64,000 nt of DNA. It comes from the human T2T-CHM13v2.0 reference genome, Homo sapiens. Below the pieces are notes generated by a model. The model was not told where the DNA came from. It searched no databases and was given only the letters and a program-made list of their open reading frames with translations. The DNA lies in the NCBI RefSeq assembly GCF_009914755.1, contig NC_060944.1; one strand, written 5' to 3'. The position numbers and the translations under genes are program-made. This document shows positions 15,906-28,570 of the stretch, in pieces (the first letter of the stretch is position 1; every line of letters begins with the position of its first letter).

Positions 15906-16052
15906 GTCCTGACTCCAAATTTCACTTTATCTTCTGAAACAACATCCTTGCATTCAAGGAATGAGGGCTTCCCTTCTAGCAGATTCCTGTTCAACCAACT
16001 ACAGTGTAACTTGGTTTTAGATAACAAAATATGAGTATAACAAAATGACTAT

Positions 16053-16616
16053 TGTATTCATTATCTGTTGTTGGTAATAAACCACCCCCAAACTTAGTGT
16101 CTTCGAATGACAACAATCATTTATTTTGCTCATGAATCTGTAATTTGGACAGGGTGCAGTTGGCATAGCTTATCTGCTCAGGTATCAGTTGGAGAGGTGG
16201 GAGTGACTCACCCTCTGAGGCTGTAATCTCCCAAAGACTCACTGCACTCACTCACATGTCTGGTAGTTGATATTAGCTGTCAGCTGGGACCTCATCTGTC
16301 AGTCAGAACACAACGTGCATTCTCTCCATGGGGCTTTGTTGGTTTCCTCAGTCTGATGGCTAGGTTTCAAGTGTAAGAGTCCTTACAGAACAAGGCGGAA
16401 GTGCATGCAATTTTTATGATCTACCTTTGAGAGTCACATAACTTCACTTCTGCCATACTGTGCTGCATGGGTAGTCACAAAAGTCCACTCAGGTTCAAGA
16501 GAAGGGAATAGGGATTCCCACCACTTCATGGATGGAGTATCAGTGGTACATCGTGAGAAGTAGGTGTGGGATAGGATGCGTTATGGTAGCCATCTTTAGA
16601 AAATATATATGCCACA
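16053..16616 (-). mobile_element. MaLR solo LTR (MLT1G/H-like)
   Basis: TGTATTCATTATC...GCCACA termini; 5-bp TSD ACTAT/ACCAT. Confidence 0.85.
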
Positions 16617-16984
16617 ACCATATAATGGCAACTCATGCCATCTGATGGGGGAGGGCATTTTTCTTCAACAGACAAAAGTTACTAAAATAATAGTCAATCT
16701 TTCAACTCCTTTAATGGGAACTGAAAATCCCTCCTTCACATTTTGCAGCCGTACTCCCACTGTGTGGCACTACTGATCATGACTGACTTGGACCAAGCCA
16801 GTCCTAGGTAAGCCTGGGAGTAAGTTAGGGTAGAAGGACAAAGTTTGCATCCATGGACTGAGGGATTTGTGTGGCATTAAACGTTAGCAAGACCTAGCAA
16901 GTCACAGGCATTTCTCAATGGGAATTTTTGGAGAATTATATTCAAAACTCCCAATAATTGTCTTGGCGTTAGTGTGAAGAAAGA

Positions 16985-17180
16985 AAACTAATATTTGTGA
17001 TGCCCATGTGCCAGGCACTTTATGACATGCTTTCCATTTAACCCTTTGTTTAGCCCTTTCCGGTTGATATGACTCCAGGTAGATCTCATTATCCCCATTT
17101 GTGGATGAGAGAGTCAAAGACAGAAGGGTTCGGTTACCTTCTCAAGACCACACATCTAATAAGTGATAGAGCTAGGAATT
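16985..17180 (-). mobile_element. MIR
   Basis: TGTGCCAGGCACT...ATCCCCATTTGTGGATGAG...AAGTGATAGAGCTAGGA. Confidence 0.8.
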
Positions 17181-17584
17181 ATCTCAAAGAAGGTAAAATT
17201 GGGACAAACCCTTTGATAGTCTCTGATTTTAAAAAAAAAGCCACTGTCACAACAGAGGAGAAAAACATGTCAATCTCACACGTAAGCAGATGGTGGGGAT
17301 GCAAGTTAATGACAGTGAGAGGGGAACTGGTCACCTGCAGACAGAGCTTTTGAAGAATTCTGCTCCAATCTAACAGCTTGTCAAGTGACTAGTGACCTAG
17401 GACAGTTGGTCACCACAAAATCAAGTGTCACAGCAGGGCTACATCAACCTGCCTGCAAAGCCTTCTAAGATTCTGCTCATGTTTGGAGGTGAGAAGAGGG
17501 AAACCCCAAGAGAAATCCCCACATCAATGATGAGCTAAATCCATCTCCTCATCTCAATTCCAAGATCTTTCAGAAGATGACAGA

Positions 17585-17722
17585 GGGGAGTTTTAAGAAA
17601 TCCTTATGCCCAGGTGACACCGTAGATCAATTAAACCTGAATCCCTGGAGTGAGACCCAGGAATCAGTAATTTTTAAAAGTCTCTAGGTGATTCTAATTG
17701 CAGCCAAGTTTAAGTACTATTG
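17585..17722. mobile_element. MER5A (hAT-Charlie) fragment
   Basis: GACCCAGGAATCAGTAATTTTTAAAAG...AGGTGATTCTAATTGCAGCCAAGTTTAAG. Confidence 0.8.
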
Positions 17723-17859
17723 CTCTACTTACAGTTAATGCTTATGGGAGCCCAGAGGAGCCTGTGTGTGGCACACAATGCAAGAAAACAACACCATTTC
17801 CTACTCCATAGTTCTGCATGTTTTCCCCTTCTCTGGGTTTTTAGTACTCCCAATAAACA

Positions 17860-18203
17860 GGAAGACCCTCCCTCTACACCCTTTTCCCTGCTGTCTTTTT
17901 TTCATAGCACATATAGCCCCTGCTAGGATACTCTCTACTTATTTGTCTACCTGTTTATTATCTGTCATCTCCACTAGAGTGTTAGGTCCATGGGCCAGCG
18001 GACCACATTGCACAGCTCCAGAAGTTGCCATTTATATATGATACAAGATGAGTGATGCCCCCTGGAGTTATGTGATGTATTAGCCCTTCATGGGGGCGGA
18101 CATTTTGTCTCGTTCACTGTTGTTTCCCAAAGTTCTGGAACAGTACCTAAAATATAAGAAATGTTCACCAAATATTTTTTGAATGAATGAAGAAATGAAT
18201 GAA
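17860..18203 (+). mobile_element. L2 3' end, interrupted by MER91
   Basis: CCACTAGAGTGTTAGGTCCATG...TTTTGTCTCGTTCACTG...TGAATGAATGAA tail. Confidence 0.8.
17996..18087. mobile_element. MER91B-like palindromic MITE (hAT-Tip100)
   Basis: GCACAGCTCCAG...GATGCCCCCTGGAGTTATG inverted arms; degenerate 8-bp TSD CCATGGGC/TCATGGGG. Confidence 0.7.
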
Positions 18204-18272
18204 TATAGAAAAGTAATAAGGATTCTCCTATGGAAAGACCTGGTCTCCCTCCAGCCTAAAAGCTTGACTCTG

Positions 18273-18335
18273 ATGCTCATCATCCTCTTCTTCATCCTCA
18301 TCACCATCATCATTATCATCGTCATCATCATCATC
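18273..18335. repeat. Imperfect (CAT/TCA)n trinucleotide repeat
   Basis: Read directly. Confidence 0.9.
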
Positions 18336-18469
18336 TGTTATTAAGTCACCACATAAAATTTCCTTTGAAGGCAGGTTTCCATGACTAAAAATAAAAGCGT
18401 GAAAACTAATCCCCTGTCGAGATGAACTAATGTTCACCTTGCCCCAGACTCTGCCCATCCACCACCTCA

Positions 18470-18618
18470 AATGGCTTTGGAGCCAGACAGACTTGAGTTT
18501 AGAATCTGCCTTCATCACTTACTAGCAATAGGACCCAGGGCAAATATTTATCCCTAAATGGTTATAACAATGAATTAATAGACTATTATAGATTAAAAGA
18601 GTCCATATTTAAAGTGCC
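18470..18618 (+). mobile_element. MIR fragment
   Basis: GGCTTTGGAGCCAGACAGACTTGAGTTTAGAATC...CACTTACTAGC. Confidence 0.75.
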
Positions 18619-18619
18619 A

Positions 18620-19690
18620 GTGACAAATAAATATATGAAAACATGCCCAATTTCACTAGCATCCAGGGAAATGCAAATTAAAACAATTTTTACTCATCAG
18701 ATTGGCCAAAGTGAAATAATATATTAGTAAGAGAATGCTAGCTGCTATTAACAGATAAACCTCAAAAATCTCAGCAACTTAATACAATAGACTTAATTTT
18801 CTCTACAGCTAAAGACCAATCAGCAGTGACAGGGAGAGATGCTCAGTTCCACGACGACATTCACAGGCTCAGACTGATTCCCTCCGGTGGCTCTGTTTAC
18901 CCCCATGGGCCTTGGAGCTTTTCACTAGATCCTCTGCCCCCCTTACAAGAAAGGGATTGCACCAGAGGTTTGTACAGGCCAGCTTATTACTTCTGCCCAA
19001 TTTGCTTTGGGCAGACCAGTGACATGTCCTTACCTAAAGGCAAGAGAGGCTGGGAAATGCAGTCTTAACTGGGTGGCTGCCTCTTAGCAACAACTCTAGA
19101 CTATAGAACAAGAGCAGGACTCTTTAGCAGACAACTGGTTACGTCTGCCACACATAACATCAATGTCATGAAGATGTGGGTAAGTGGGTTCTCTTACATG
19201 CCACTGACAGAAAAGTGAACTGGTTATAGGCTCTATGGAGGACCCAAGGCAGTGACTTTTAAAATTTAAAACATGGTTGTTGTGTGTTCCAGCAACTTAG
19301 CTTCTTGGTAGCAATCCAAGAAGCCCTAGCAAATGGGCTGAAAAAGGCATACTAGAATGTTTATTACAACACTGTTGCAATCATGAATACAAACAAAATG
19401 TCTATCAACAAGGGAAAGTCCAAATGAACCATGTCTATCCCTACTATGGAATACTATGCACCAGTGTGAATAAGATAGATCTATACCTATTTGCACAGAA
19501 AGTATCTAAAGTCACTTTGTTGAGTGAATACAATTTTCAAAATAATACAGTATGATAGTGTTTATATAAAAATAGCTATACAATACTACATATTTTCGAT
19601 ATGGTTGTAAATTTAGTAATGAATAGGAAAAATGTCTGGAGGCACATGAACCAAAAAGAAATAACTATTCTAAAGAAAGATAGGGAGGAG
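18620..19690 (+). mobile_element. Old L1ME 3' region, interrupted by MLT1J-like LTR
   Basis: CAGGGAAATGCAAATTAAAAC before the LTR; GAAGATGTGGG...GGAATACTATGCA after it. Confidence 0.7.
18720..19152 (-). mobile_element. MaLR solo LTR (MLT1J-like)
   Basis: TATATTAG...GCTAGCTGCT...GAGGCTGGGAAATGCAGTC...GCCACA; TSD AATAA/CATAA. Confidence 0.8.
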
Positions 19691-19787
19691 GAGAGGGATG
19701 GAGGGAGGAAGAAGAGTTTGACAGTCACAGAAATATGAAGATCTTACGGCCGAGCAAGTGCAGACCCACACGCTTATAAAAAGATGA

Positions 19788-20373
19788 TGCATTAATTCCA
19801 CTCCTAGGTATATACCCAAAGGAACTGAAAATAGAGACTCAAACAAGTATTTGTATGTACATGTTTGAGGCAGCATTATTCACAATAGCCAAAAGGTGGA
19901 AACAACCCAAGTGTCATTAACAGATGAATGTATAAACAAAGTGTAGTATGTACTTACAATGGAATATTATTCAGCCATAAAAAGGAGTGAAGTTTTTACA
20001 CCTACTACAAAATGAATGGACGAACCTTGAAAACATTGTGCTAAATGAAATAAGCCAGGTAGACACAAAAGAAAATATTGTATTATTCTACTTAGTTGAA
20101 ATATCTAGAATAGGTTTATCAAGATGGAACTTTATAAAGATGGAAATAAGATTAGAAATTACCAGGGGCTGGGGCAGGGGAATAGGAAATTACTGCTTCA
20201 TGGGTACAGAGTCTCTGTTTGGGGTGATGAAAAATTTTTGGAAATAATGGTGGTCATATCTACATGTAACATTGTAGGTATGATTAATGCCACTAAATTG
20301 AATGCTTAAAAATGGTTAAAATAGCAAATTTTATGTGATAAATATCTTACTAAAATAATAAAATGAAGAAAAA
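19788..20373 (+). mobile_element. L1MB-like 3' end
   Basis: ATTCCACTCCTAGGTATATACCCAAAGGAACTG...GGGGTGATGAAAAATTTTTGG...AAAATGGTTAAAATAGCAAATTTTATG + A tail. Confidence 0.85.
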
Positions 20374-21347
20374 TAATCAACTGATCTACAGTTGAACTTC
20401 AAAATATATATATGATTCAATATACTCTCAACTTGCTTTCAGAGAGAATCAAATAGGTTCTTCCTGAGTCGAGAGAAGGGGAATGAAGATTATAGGGGTC
20501 CTTGCTGGAAACCAGATTTTTCTCTCTTCTGCCCCAACACATGGCTTCCAACATTTAGGTGTCTGACTTTGCTGTAGACTATTTTAAAATGACAGACTTG
20601 TGTAAGGAAATGAAAGAATGCAATTAAATCTGATGACGAGTGTGCTATTTAAATCTCCTTAATAGGAAATCTTCTGAATTTAGTCATGTACTATGAGGAA
20701 ATGATAATAGAAGTAGAAAATGCAAGGTATGCTGTAGGAAGTTTGACTTTGAATCAGATGGAGGGAGACTAGCTCTTCCTCCTTGGACTAATTGCTGTAT
20801 TGATGCAATTCTCCATAGCGCCATGTGTGTTTTGAGGGGGTGGAGGGAGGGCGGTTGAATGATTTATGTGTTTAATTTCCCTCGATGCTTAGAAGGCTGC
20901 TGCCCTGCACTCCGAACAGGGAAATTGATTAAAATAACAATTGTGGAGAGCACAACCCCTAGCAATCAGTAACAGGGAGCTGTTTTCCTCTCCTGGAATT
21001 AGAATCCTGATCCCTCCCAGATGCCTGGGGTCATCTCCTTGGCCTTGGGGACCAGTGTGGAATTTTCAAAGCTAACAAGACTTGACCTTAACTAACAAGT
21101 TCAGTGGAAAGAGTAACAAATTTGACAGGGTCCAAAAAGCAGAGCAGAGTTCGTCTCTTAATGGTCTCTGCTTTGCTCCTGCTCTTCAGGGACTCTAGTT
21201 CTCAGATAAATGCATTTGTGATCAAATAAAAATTAACAAATATTTATGGAAATAGTGTTGGGGAGAGAGGATATGGTTTCTGTGTGGAGCTAAGGGGACA
21301 AAAGTCATAAGAACTGACAGAAGAGAAAGAGAATTTTGGCTTTGGAG

Positions 21348-21570
21348 GTGATGTTGTTTAGCGGAAGGAAACAGGTGTGGAACCAGCAGGCCTCGTCACT
21401 TACTAACTTCTATGACTTGAGCAGCGATTTTTTTCCTCTCTGAGCCACAGCTTCCTTGTCTGCACAATAAGGATGATAATAATGTCTACTGCATGGTATT
21501 GTATGCTAGAAGGGTGAGAGGTGTAAAGGCCTGGTGCAGAGTAAAAGCTTAGTCAGTGATTGGCGTTATT
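21348..21570 (+). mobile_element. MIR
   Basis: CACTTACTAAC...CTCTCTGAGCCACAGCTTCCTTGTCTG...GGATGATAATAATG. Confidence 0.75.
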
Positions 21571-21709
21571 GGCGTTGCTGGTTCTGGATCACAAAAGTGG
21601 AGAACTGAGACCTGAACTCTCAGGGCACTTAGGGTGAGATGAGAGAAGGTGGCATTGGGATGGGCACCAAGTCAACTGACAAGCTAGAAATCGGACAGGA
21701 AAAGGGATT

Positions 21710-22410
21710 TGTTCCATCTTTACCCTAACTGGTCTGACCCCACCTGGATGTTCTCCAATTCAACTCAGATATTAAGTACCCAGAGTTAACACAGATCCCA
21801 CAGGTGAAGGGCAAAGTCATCCACAAGCCTGCCCTCACTTCAAATGCCAGCTGCACTTCAAGGGCCCCAGGCCACTTCCGACCAACTGGCTGTAAATTTG
21901 GGAGTTCTCGTGACCCTCTCAGTTTCCATAATTCACTAGAATGGCTCCCCGAGCTCACAGAAAGCAATGTACTTATGATTGTACCTTTATTATTAAGGAT
22001 ACATGTAGAGGAAGATCTGGAGGGGTCTTGGATGCAGAGTTTCCGTGCTCATCAGTGTGGTCATCAACCAGGAAACTCCACCATGCCTCGATGTCCAGAG
22101 TTTTCACTGGGGTTTCATTACATAGACATAATTGATTAAATCATTGGCCATGGGATTAAAGTCAATCTCCAGTCCTCCTCTCCTCTCCTCGAGGACTGAA
22201 AATCCCAACCCTCTAATCACATTTGGTGTTTCTAAGGACCAGCCCCCATCCTGATGCTAGCTACCATGAGTCACCTCATTAGCATAACAAAGATACTCCA
22301 ATCACTCAGGAAATTTCAAAGGTTTCTGAAGCTCTGTGCCAGGAACCAGGGGTATATTCTTTATTATATATAAATTGTTATATACCAGATATATTCTTTA
22401 TAGTACCACA
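21710..22410 (-). mobile_element. MER21 (MER21B/C-like) ERV LTR
   Basis: AATTCAACTCAGATATTAAGTACCCAGAGTTAACACAGATCCCACAGG...GCTCTGTGCCAGGAACCAGGG...TACCACA. Confidence 0.85.
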
Positions 22411-22719
22411 GGGTTGGAGCTTGAAGAACTAGCTTTGAGTCGGTCCCAACTGGTTTGTACAGGACCAACCTTGACTTGTTTGTCCACCTGGATTTCAGTA
22501 TCTTCCTCTGTAAATGAAAGCATTGCACTATTACCTTTAGAAGTCTGATTCAGCAAAGAAAAGAATGTACATATAGAAAAATCCTGGAAGGACATAAATC
22601 AAAATAGTTAATTGGAGAATTTCTGTTCTTTATAATTTCTGTAATATAATGTCTATATTTTTTATACTTTTTAAACATGTAAAATGTCTTTTGATTCTAT
22701 GATACTAAGAAACCCACAA

Positions 22720-23515
22720 CTTTTAAAATTGAAGCATATAATTTACATATTTATAATACATAGATTTTAAATATACACAGAGTTGGATGAATTTTGACAA
22801 ATGTATACACCTATGTGAACAAACACCTAAATCAAGATGTCAACACTGCACCTTTCCAGTTGATCCTATCCCACCTCACCCCAGAGCCAGCTCTACTCTG
22901 ATTTTTAATACCACACATTAGTTTTGTCTATTCTTGAATTTCACATAAATTGAATCATACAGTATGTAGTTTATCTCACTTTCTTTCTCTCAGCATATTG
23001 TTTTGAGATACATTCAGTTTGAATCAGAAGTTCACTATTTTTTATGGCTGTATAATATTCCATTGTATGACTATGCCACTATTTTGTTATCAATTCTCCT
23101 GTTGATAGACTTTTGGGTTGTTTCCAGGATGCAGCTATTAAGAAAAATCTGCTATAAACATTCTTGTACTAGTGTTTTTTGTGGACATAAGCCTTTATTT
23201 CTCCTGTATATATACCTAGGAGTTATGTTAATTTTTTTTTAACGGCCAGTTTCCAAAGTCCCTGTATCAGCTAATGTTCTCACCAGCAACGTATGAGAGT
23301 TCTAGTTGCTCTGCCATCTCACCAACACTTGGTATTGTCAATCCTTAATTTTAGTCACCTGAGTGAGTGTGAAGGGATATTTGTGGTATTAATTTGCATT
23401 TTCTTGATGACTCATATTGGGTATCTTTTCATTTGCTCTCTGGGCACTCGTGTATTTTCTTGTGTAAAAGTTTTGTTCAAGTCATCTGTTGTTTTTATTT
23501 TTAATTGGGAAAATG
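22720..23515 (-). mobile_element. Old L1 (L1MC/L1ME-like) 3' end
   Basis: GATGAATTTTGACAAATGTATACACC...CACCAGCAACGTATGAGAGTTC...TTAATTTGCATTTTC. Confidence 0.85.
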
Positions 23516-23519
23516 CTTA

Positions 23520-23650
23520 ACTTTTCACAGGCATTTTTATATCAGCTTCCTCATTATATTCTCTTAAAGAGCCCAGGATGTGGGTGACTCAGCAGTGATC
23601 CCTTGTTACAGTTGAGGACACTGAAGTTCAAAGAATGTTCAGCAAATGCT
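23520..23650 (-). mobile_element. MIR fragment
   Basis: TTACAGTTGAGGACACTGAAGTTCAAAG core. Confidence 0.55.
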
Positions 23651-24429
23651 TCACAGCAGGGTGTTGGAATAATGGAAACTGGAAATGGGACCTTCTCATC
23701 CTGTTCTCTTTTAGATTCTGTTTTCCTTCTCTAAGGAAGGTTGTGGTGCTGGGAAGACAATAAGCAAATGGGCCCAAGTGATATGCTTGCAGTTCTGATT
23801 TGTTGTGAGCAAGCATGGGAAGGGAACACCCTTGCTCTTCCTATCAGACCTTGGTGCCTGCCTAATGCAACCAACATGGTGGATGTACTGTGACCAAGTG
23901 GAGAGTGCTCTTCAGCAGCTGCTTAACTGCCCCTCCCATGAAATGGTGGGCAGACTCTGCTTCTAAGTTCCTCAAACATCAGTTTCAGCACAACCCTAGG
24001 ACCATATGGCCCCACTGAGTGAGGCTGGGACATCCGGGCCAAAGTAGGGAGAGGTACTCTCCAGAATGGGCACTTTGCCATACTCCTCACACGGAAGGGG
24101 AACACATCTCACACCTCTCTCTGCAGTGCTCACACCTGCAGTCCCAGGAAAATGTCCAGTTCATTCAAACAAGGGAGCAAGTCTCTAGATGACCCATTAT
24201 TGCCCCCAGCCACTCACTTTTCCCTGCATCCCACAGTTCCACTCTCTGCCTGCCTTGACATTGCTTGCTGCCTGGACTCTGAAGGTGGGTCATTTACTTT
24301 AATTAACTTTTATTGATCACCTACTATAAGTTCAGAATAGTCATGGTTTCTTCCACTTACATTATTTCAATATCTTGTTCTTTTAAAAATTCATCTGCCT
24401 ACCATTTCATGCCTTTAAAGAATCTCTAT

Positions 24430-25050
24430 CCTAAAAGTGTGTAACTTTTTAAACCTGTGTGGCCCATCACCCAGATCAAGATGTAGAACATTTGCAGCGC
24501 CCCAAAATGTTCTCTCAAATCCTCCCAGCCAATATTCTGTAAACATAACCACTACTCTATCATCATCAATTAGTTTTGCCTGTGCTGGAACTTCATATAC
24601 ATGGTATTACGCAGCATGTATTATTTTGTGTCTGGCTTTTGCTGAACATTCATCCATGTTGCATGGAGCAGTTGTGTTTTATTTTTCATTTCTGAGGAGT
24701 AGTATGTAGTAGTATGAATATATCCCAACAAGTTAATCTAGTCTACTATTGATGGCATTTGGTTTGTTTCCAGTTTGAGGTACTATGTAAAATGCTAGTA
24801 TAGACATTTTCGTAGATACATTTTGGTGAAAATAGGCACTCAGCCCATATAGCCAGGAATCATAATGTAGTTATGTTTAACTTTATAAGAAACTATAATA
24901 CAATTTTTTGAAGTGTTTGTATCAAGTTTTAATCTCAACAGAAATATATGACAATTCTAATTGCTCTACATTCTTGCCAACCTTTGGTATTTTCAGACTT
25001 TTTTCTTTTAGAAGTACATTGTATTATAGTTTTATTTTGTATTTCCTTTT
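24430..25050 (-). mobile_element. L1ME-like 3' end
   Basis: CACCCAGATCAAGATGTAGAACATTT...GTTTCCAGTTTGAGG...TGCCAACCTTTGGTATT. Confidence 0.8.
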
Positions 25051-25611
25051 AAAATTTTAAAAAAATGTTTGCTAAATTAGTCAGAATTCATATTAAAAAT
25101 GAAACAACTGAATTAATGTTGTTGTTTTTAAAACTTCACACTCCTGGATTTGTAAAGCAGTGCTTGATGGATTGAATGAGATCATCTATTACTCAGGTTT
25201 GCAAAAACATAGCAATTACAGTAATGAACTCCAGTCATCATTAGCATTTCCATTACTAAGGGACCCTTTCAAAACTTCAGTCTCCTCTTAGTAGCTAGAG
25301 CTTTGGAAACCTCATGGGGTTTGTTTTCCCACCATCTATACTACGGACAAAGGACTTCTCTGCAGGGCCACTTAAAAATATAGATTCTTAAAAGGCTCAA
25401 TATGGTAAGAAGGATTGTAAGTGAATGGCCCAATTAATTCCTGCTAAAGATTTCTCATAGGAAATCTTTGTTCAATTTTGAAAAATCATTTATTTGACTT
25501 TGGAGTGATCATTTAATATATACATGTCCTATGTTGAAGGCAAAGAATGATCTTTAATTTTGAACAGTTACTTGTTTCACAAATTTGTGCCTTATTATTT
25601 AAATGATTTGA

Positions 25612-26200
25612 ATTCTTCCTGAGAAGGGACTATGTCTACTTGTACACTTGTATACAGACCAATATAACAACTGAGCCAGGGTCTGGAACGTAGTAGGAGC
25701 TCAATAAAACTGTTAAATGAATGAGTTAAAACTGTTCCTTCTCATGTATATACAGTACCTAACACAAATCTCTGCAAATGACAGCCAACCCAGAAATGTT
25801 TGTGAAAAGAAAGTAGAAAAGCTGTAAAGAAAGATTAAATGAGTGGAAGGGAAGAAAAGAGAATTAATCCTGGCAAAACTCTCTTTATATCAGCAAGACC
25901 TTTTTTATTTTCATAATACACACTCTGCACAACAAACACCCAGGTATCTACTTGAATGTCCTGCAGACTCCTCAGTTCAACATGTCCATAACTGAACTCA
26001 CCATAACACTGATTTTTAACCCAACCTTCAAGACCTCCTCCTACTGTATATCCTCTTCGTTAATACTACCACAAGCCAACACTGTTCCCCAAGCCAGAAA
26101 CTAAGAGTAACCCTCCGCTCTTCTCTCTTCCTCACCAACCTATTCATTCATAAATTAGTTCACTCAATAAATATTCATTAAGAGGCTTTTATACACCTGA
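25612..26200. mobile_element. L2 fragments (both orientations)
   Basis: GTAGGAGCTCAATAAAACTGTTAAATGAATGA; TCAACATGTCCATAACTGAACTC; ATTCATTCA...CAATAAATATT. Confidence 0.6.
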
Positions 26201-28269
26201 CTTTGTTCTTCAAGTTGAGGACATGCATTTTGGACGATCTCACCCTGAGAAGAACTTTTCTTATTTAAGAACCCAACTATTATAATCTTGATTCACTAGG
26301 CAACAACCTATCATGTGAGGCATGTTCCAGACTCGAGAACAAAGGCTGAGAACTTCATTGCACGGCTTAATTTTCCATTCATAAAGGATGAGTCAAGGAT
26401 GACTCACCTGATAACTATTTCTATTAAGTTGCCATGTCTAGCTGAGAGAAATATCTCCATTCACAAAATTCTTCCCTCTTCTTTCTTACCACTGCAGTAG
26501 AGAGACAATATGTATTTAATCAGGTGTCTCAATTGTGTGAAACTCAACAACTCAAGTAGAGATGGAGTTTGGCATGGATCAAGAGGATTTGTGATGCCTG
26601 GGGGTAAGTCATTCGCATATATGCATGAAGTCATGGAACACATTGACCCAGCTGAAGGATGGGAGAATGTACCTTAGACCCAGAAATTTTACTTTCTGGC
26701 AATGTCAATGTCAAACTCTAGACAATGGAAATGGTAACAGAATGAGATATCACAAAGTATTCAGCTTTATAAGCATTTTATGAGAGGTTATTATGGACAA
26801 AGCAAACACAGACACTCATTAGGTTAGAAATGTCTAACTCTCCAAAGACTTATACATGTAAAATTTAATTTTGATTCATCCCCCAACTTCCTCTGACCAC
26901 TCTGAAATCCCCCATCCCCCCACACTCTCATGCCTTTCCTCCAGCTTCAGACAGCAACCAAGAAGGAAACTGGTACAAATATCTGTCTGACCTGATATTT
27001 ATTTCTAAATATTCCCTTTTCCATTGCCTTTCCCCATTCATGGTAGGGAATTTCACATCAAACAAGACATTTCTCCATTTGTAAATCCATCATTACACAT
27101 GTCCTCATCCTCCTTTTTCTCTTATTTTTTCTTCCTCCCTTTTCCTCTCTTACTCTCTCTCCCAGTTCCTGTGGTCTGAATGTGAGCCAAAAACAACCTT
27201 AATCAAGGTTAAGATGAGTAATGCTTGGGCTACACTTCAAGAAAAATCAAAGTGTTTCATGACATCTACTGATGTCCAGAGATTGTAAAATTCTTTATCA
27301 ACTTTCTTCTCCTCCTCTAATACATTTTCTTGTTATCAACCATCAATATTCAAGATGCCCCAGAAATGCCTTTATCATATTCAATACTAACATTTGGTAT
27401 ACTATTTATGAATATTGAAACTTTATATTTTTATTGTGAATATACAACATTTCAGCCACATTGAGTGATATAGGCTTTTATGGGGACACAAACACCATTA
27501 AGAATATTATTACTAAGAAAAGTGTCAATGACAGTGTCCAACCATCAAACCCAAAACATCTTTGGAAATCCAGTCTGCAAATTGGGACTTCCAGATTTGG
27601 AAGTGTCTTTGTTTCCTAGGTCTACAGGTTTCTGTAGTTTTCATACACAAGTCACTAACCAGGTATTGGGAGAAGAAGCACTGACACCTTCATAGGTGGC
27701 AAGTCTATGCAGATATTGTGCCTGTGAGTGTGTGTGCATGTAGGAAGAGATGAGGGTGCTGAAGAGATGGTTACTTTCTGTCCCCCAAACCCATCTCCTT
27801 GGCCACATAGGAGTGGGTATGTTGGAGATATTCTTCAAGCTGGTCCAACAGAGCCCCAAAGGCAGAAGGAGACCAGCTGTTGGGGAGGGAAGCCCTCCTG
27901 TCCAGAGGCTCCCAACAGCATGGAATGCCAATATGACAGCCAAGGTGGGGTTCCTCCAGGGGAGAGCTGGGTAACAGAATAGGCTCCACCAGATTTTCAG
28001 TTCCCCAGATTCCCACAGCCAAGGTTATGCATTTCCGGTCCCTGAGCTGGGACATGTTGGAAATCAAAGCCCATGTACTTTTTATGATCTTCTGGACCAA
28101 AGGTTCTTCTGATTCAACCAACTCTTTTGTAATCACTCATTTACCTTAATCTCTTCTCGGTTTACAGCCAAATCACACCATTTACTTGTAAGAAACATCT
28201 TTCTGTAATCATACTTAGCTCTCCCTATTTTTCTCTCTTTCCCTTTCTACTTCCAGTAGGAACCTTAGG

Positions 28270-28570
28270 CACCAGGTAGGCCCTACATTGGCACTATATC
28301 CCTATTTATAGATGAAGAAATTGAAGAGTATAGAGTTTAAATAACTGGTTTCACAGGTAATAAGCATTGTAGTGAGATTTGAATCTAAGTCTGCTGACTC
28401 CAGAGCGGAGCTCTTAACTATCATGTTACATAACCTCTCCAACAAGGAAAGAGAACAGTGCTATAATCATAGCATGTACCTTATAGGGTCATTGAGGGGA
28501 TTAAATTAAATAATTTAGGTTCAGTATGTGGCACATAGTTAGATGTAACAAATGTTGGAGATAGTGTGAT
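28270..28570. mobile_element. Two MIR fragments (minus then plus)
   Basis: TTTATAGATGAAGAAATTGAAG...GACTCCAGAGC; TACCTTATAGGGTCATTGAGGGGATTAAAT. Confidence 0.7.

Noticed and set aside
18080-18518. Poly-Met and poly-Asp/Glu ORFs
   Set aside because: Translation artefacts of the (CAT)n repeat
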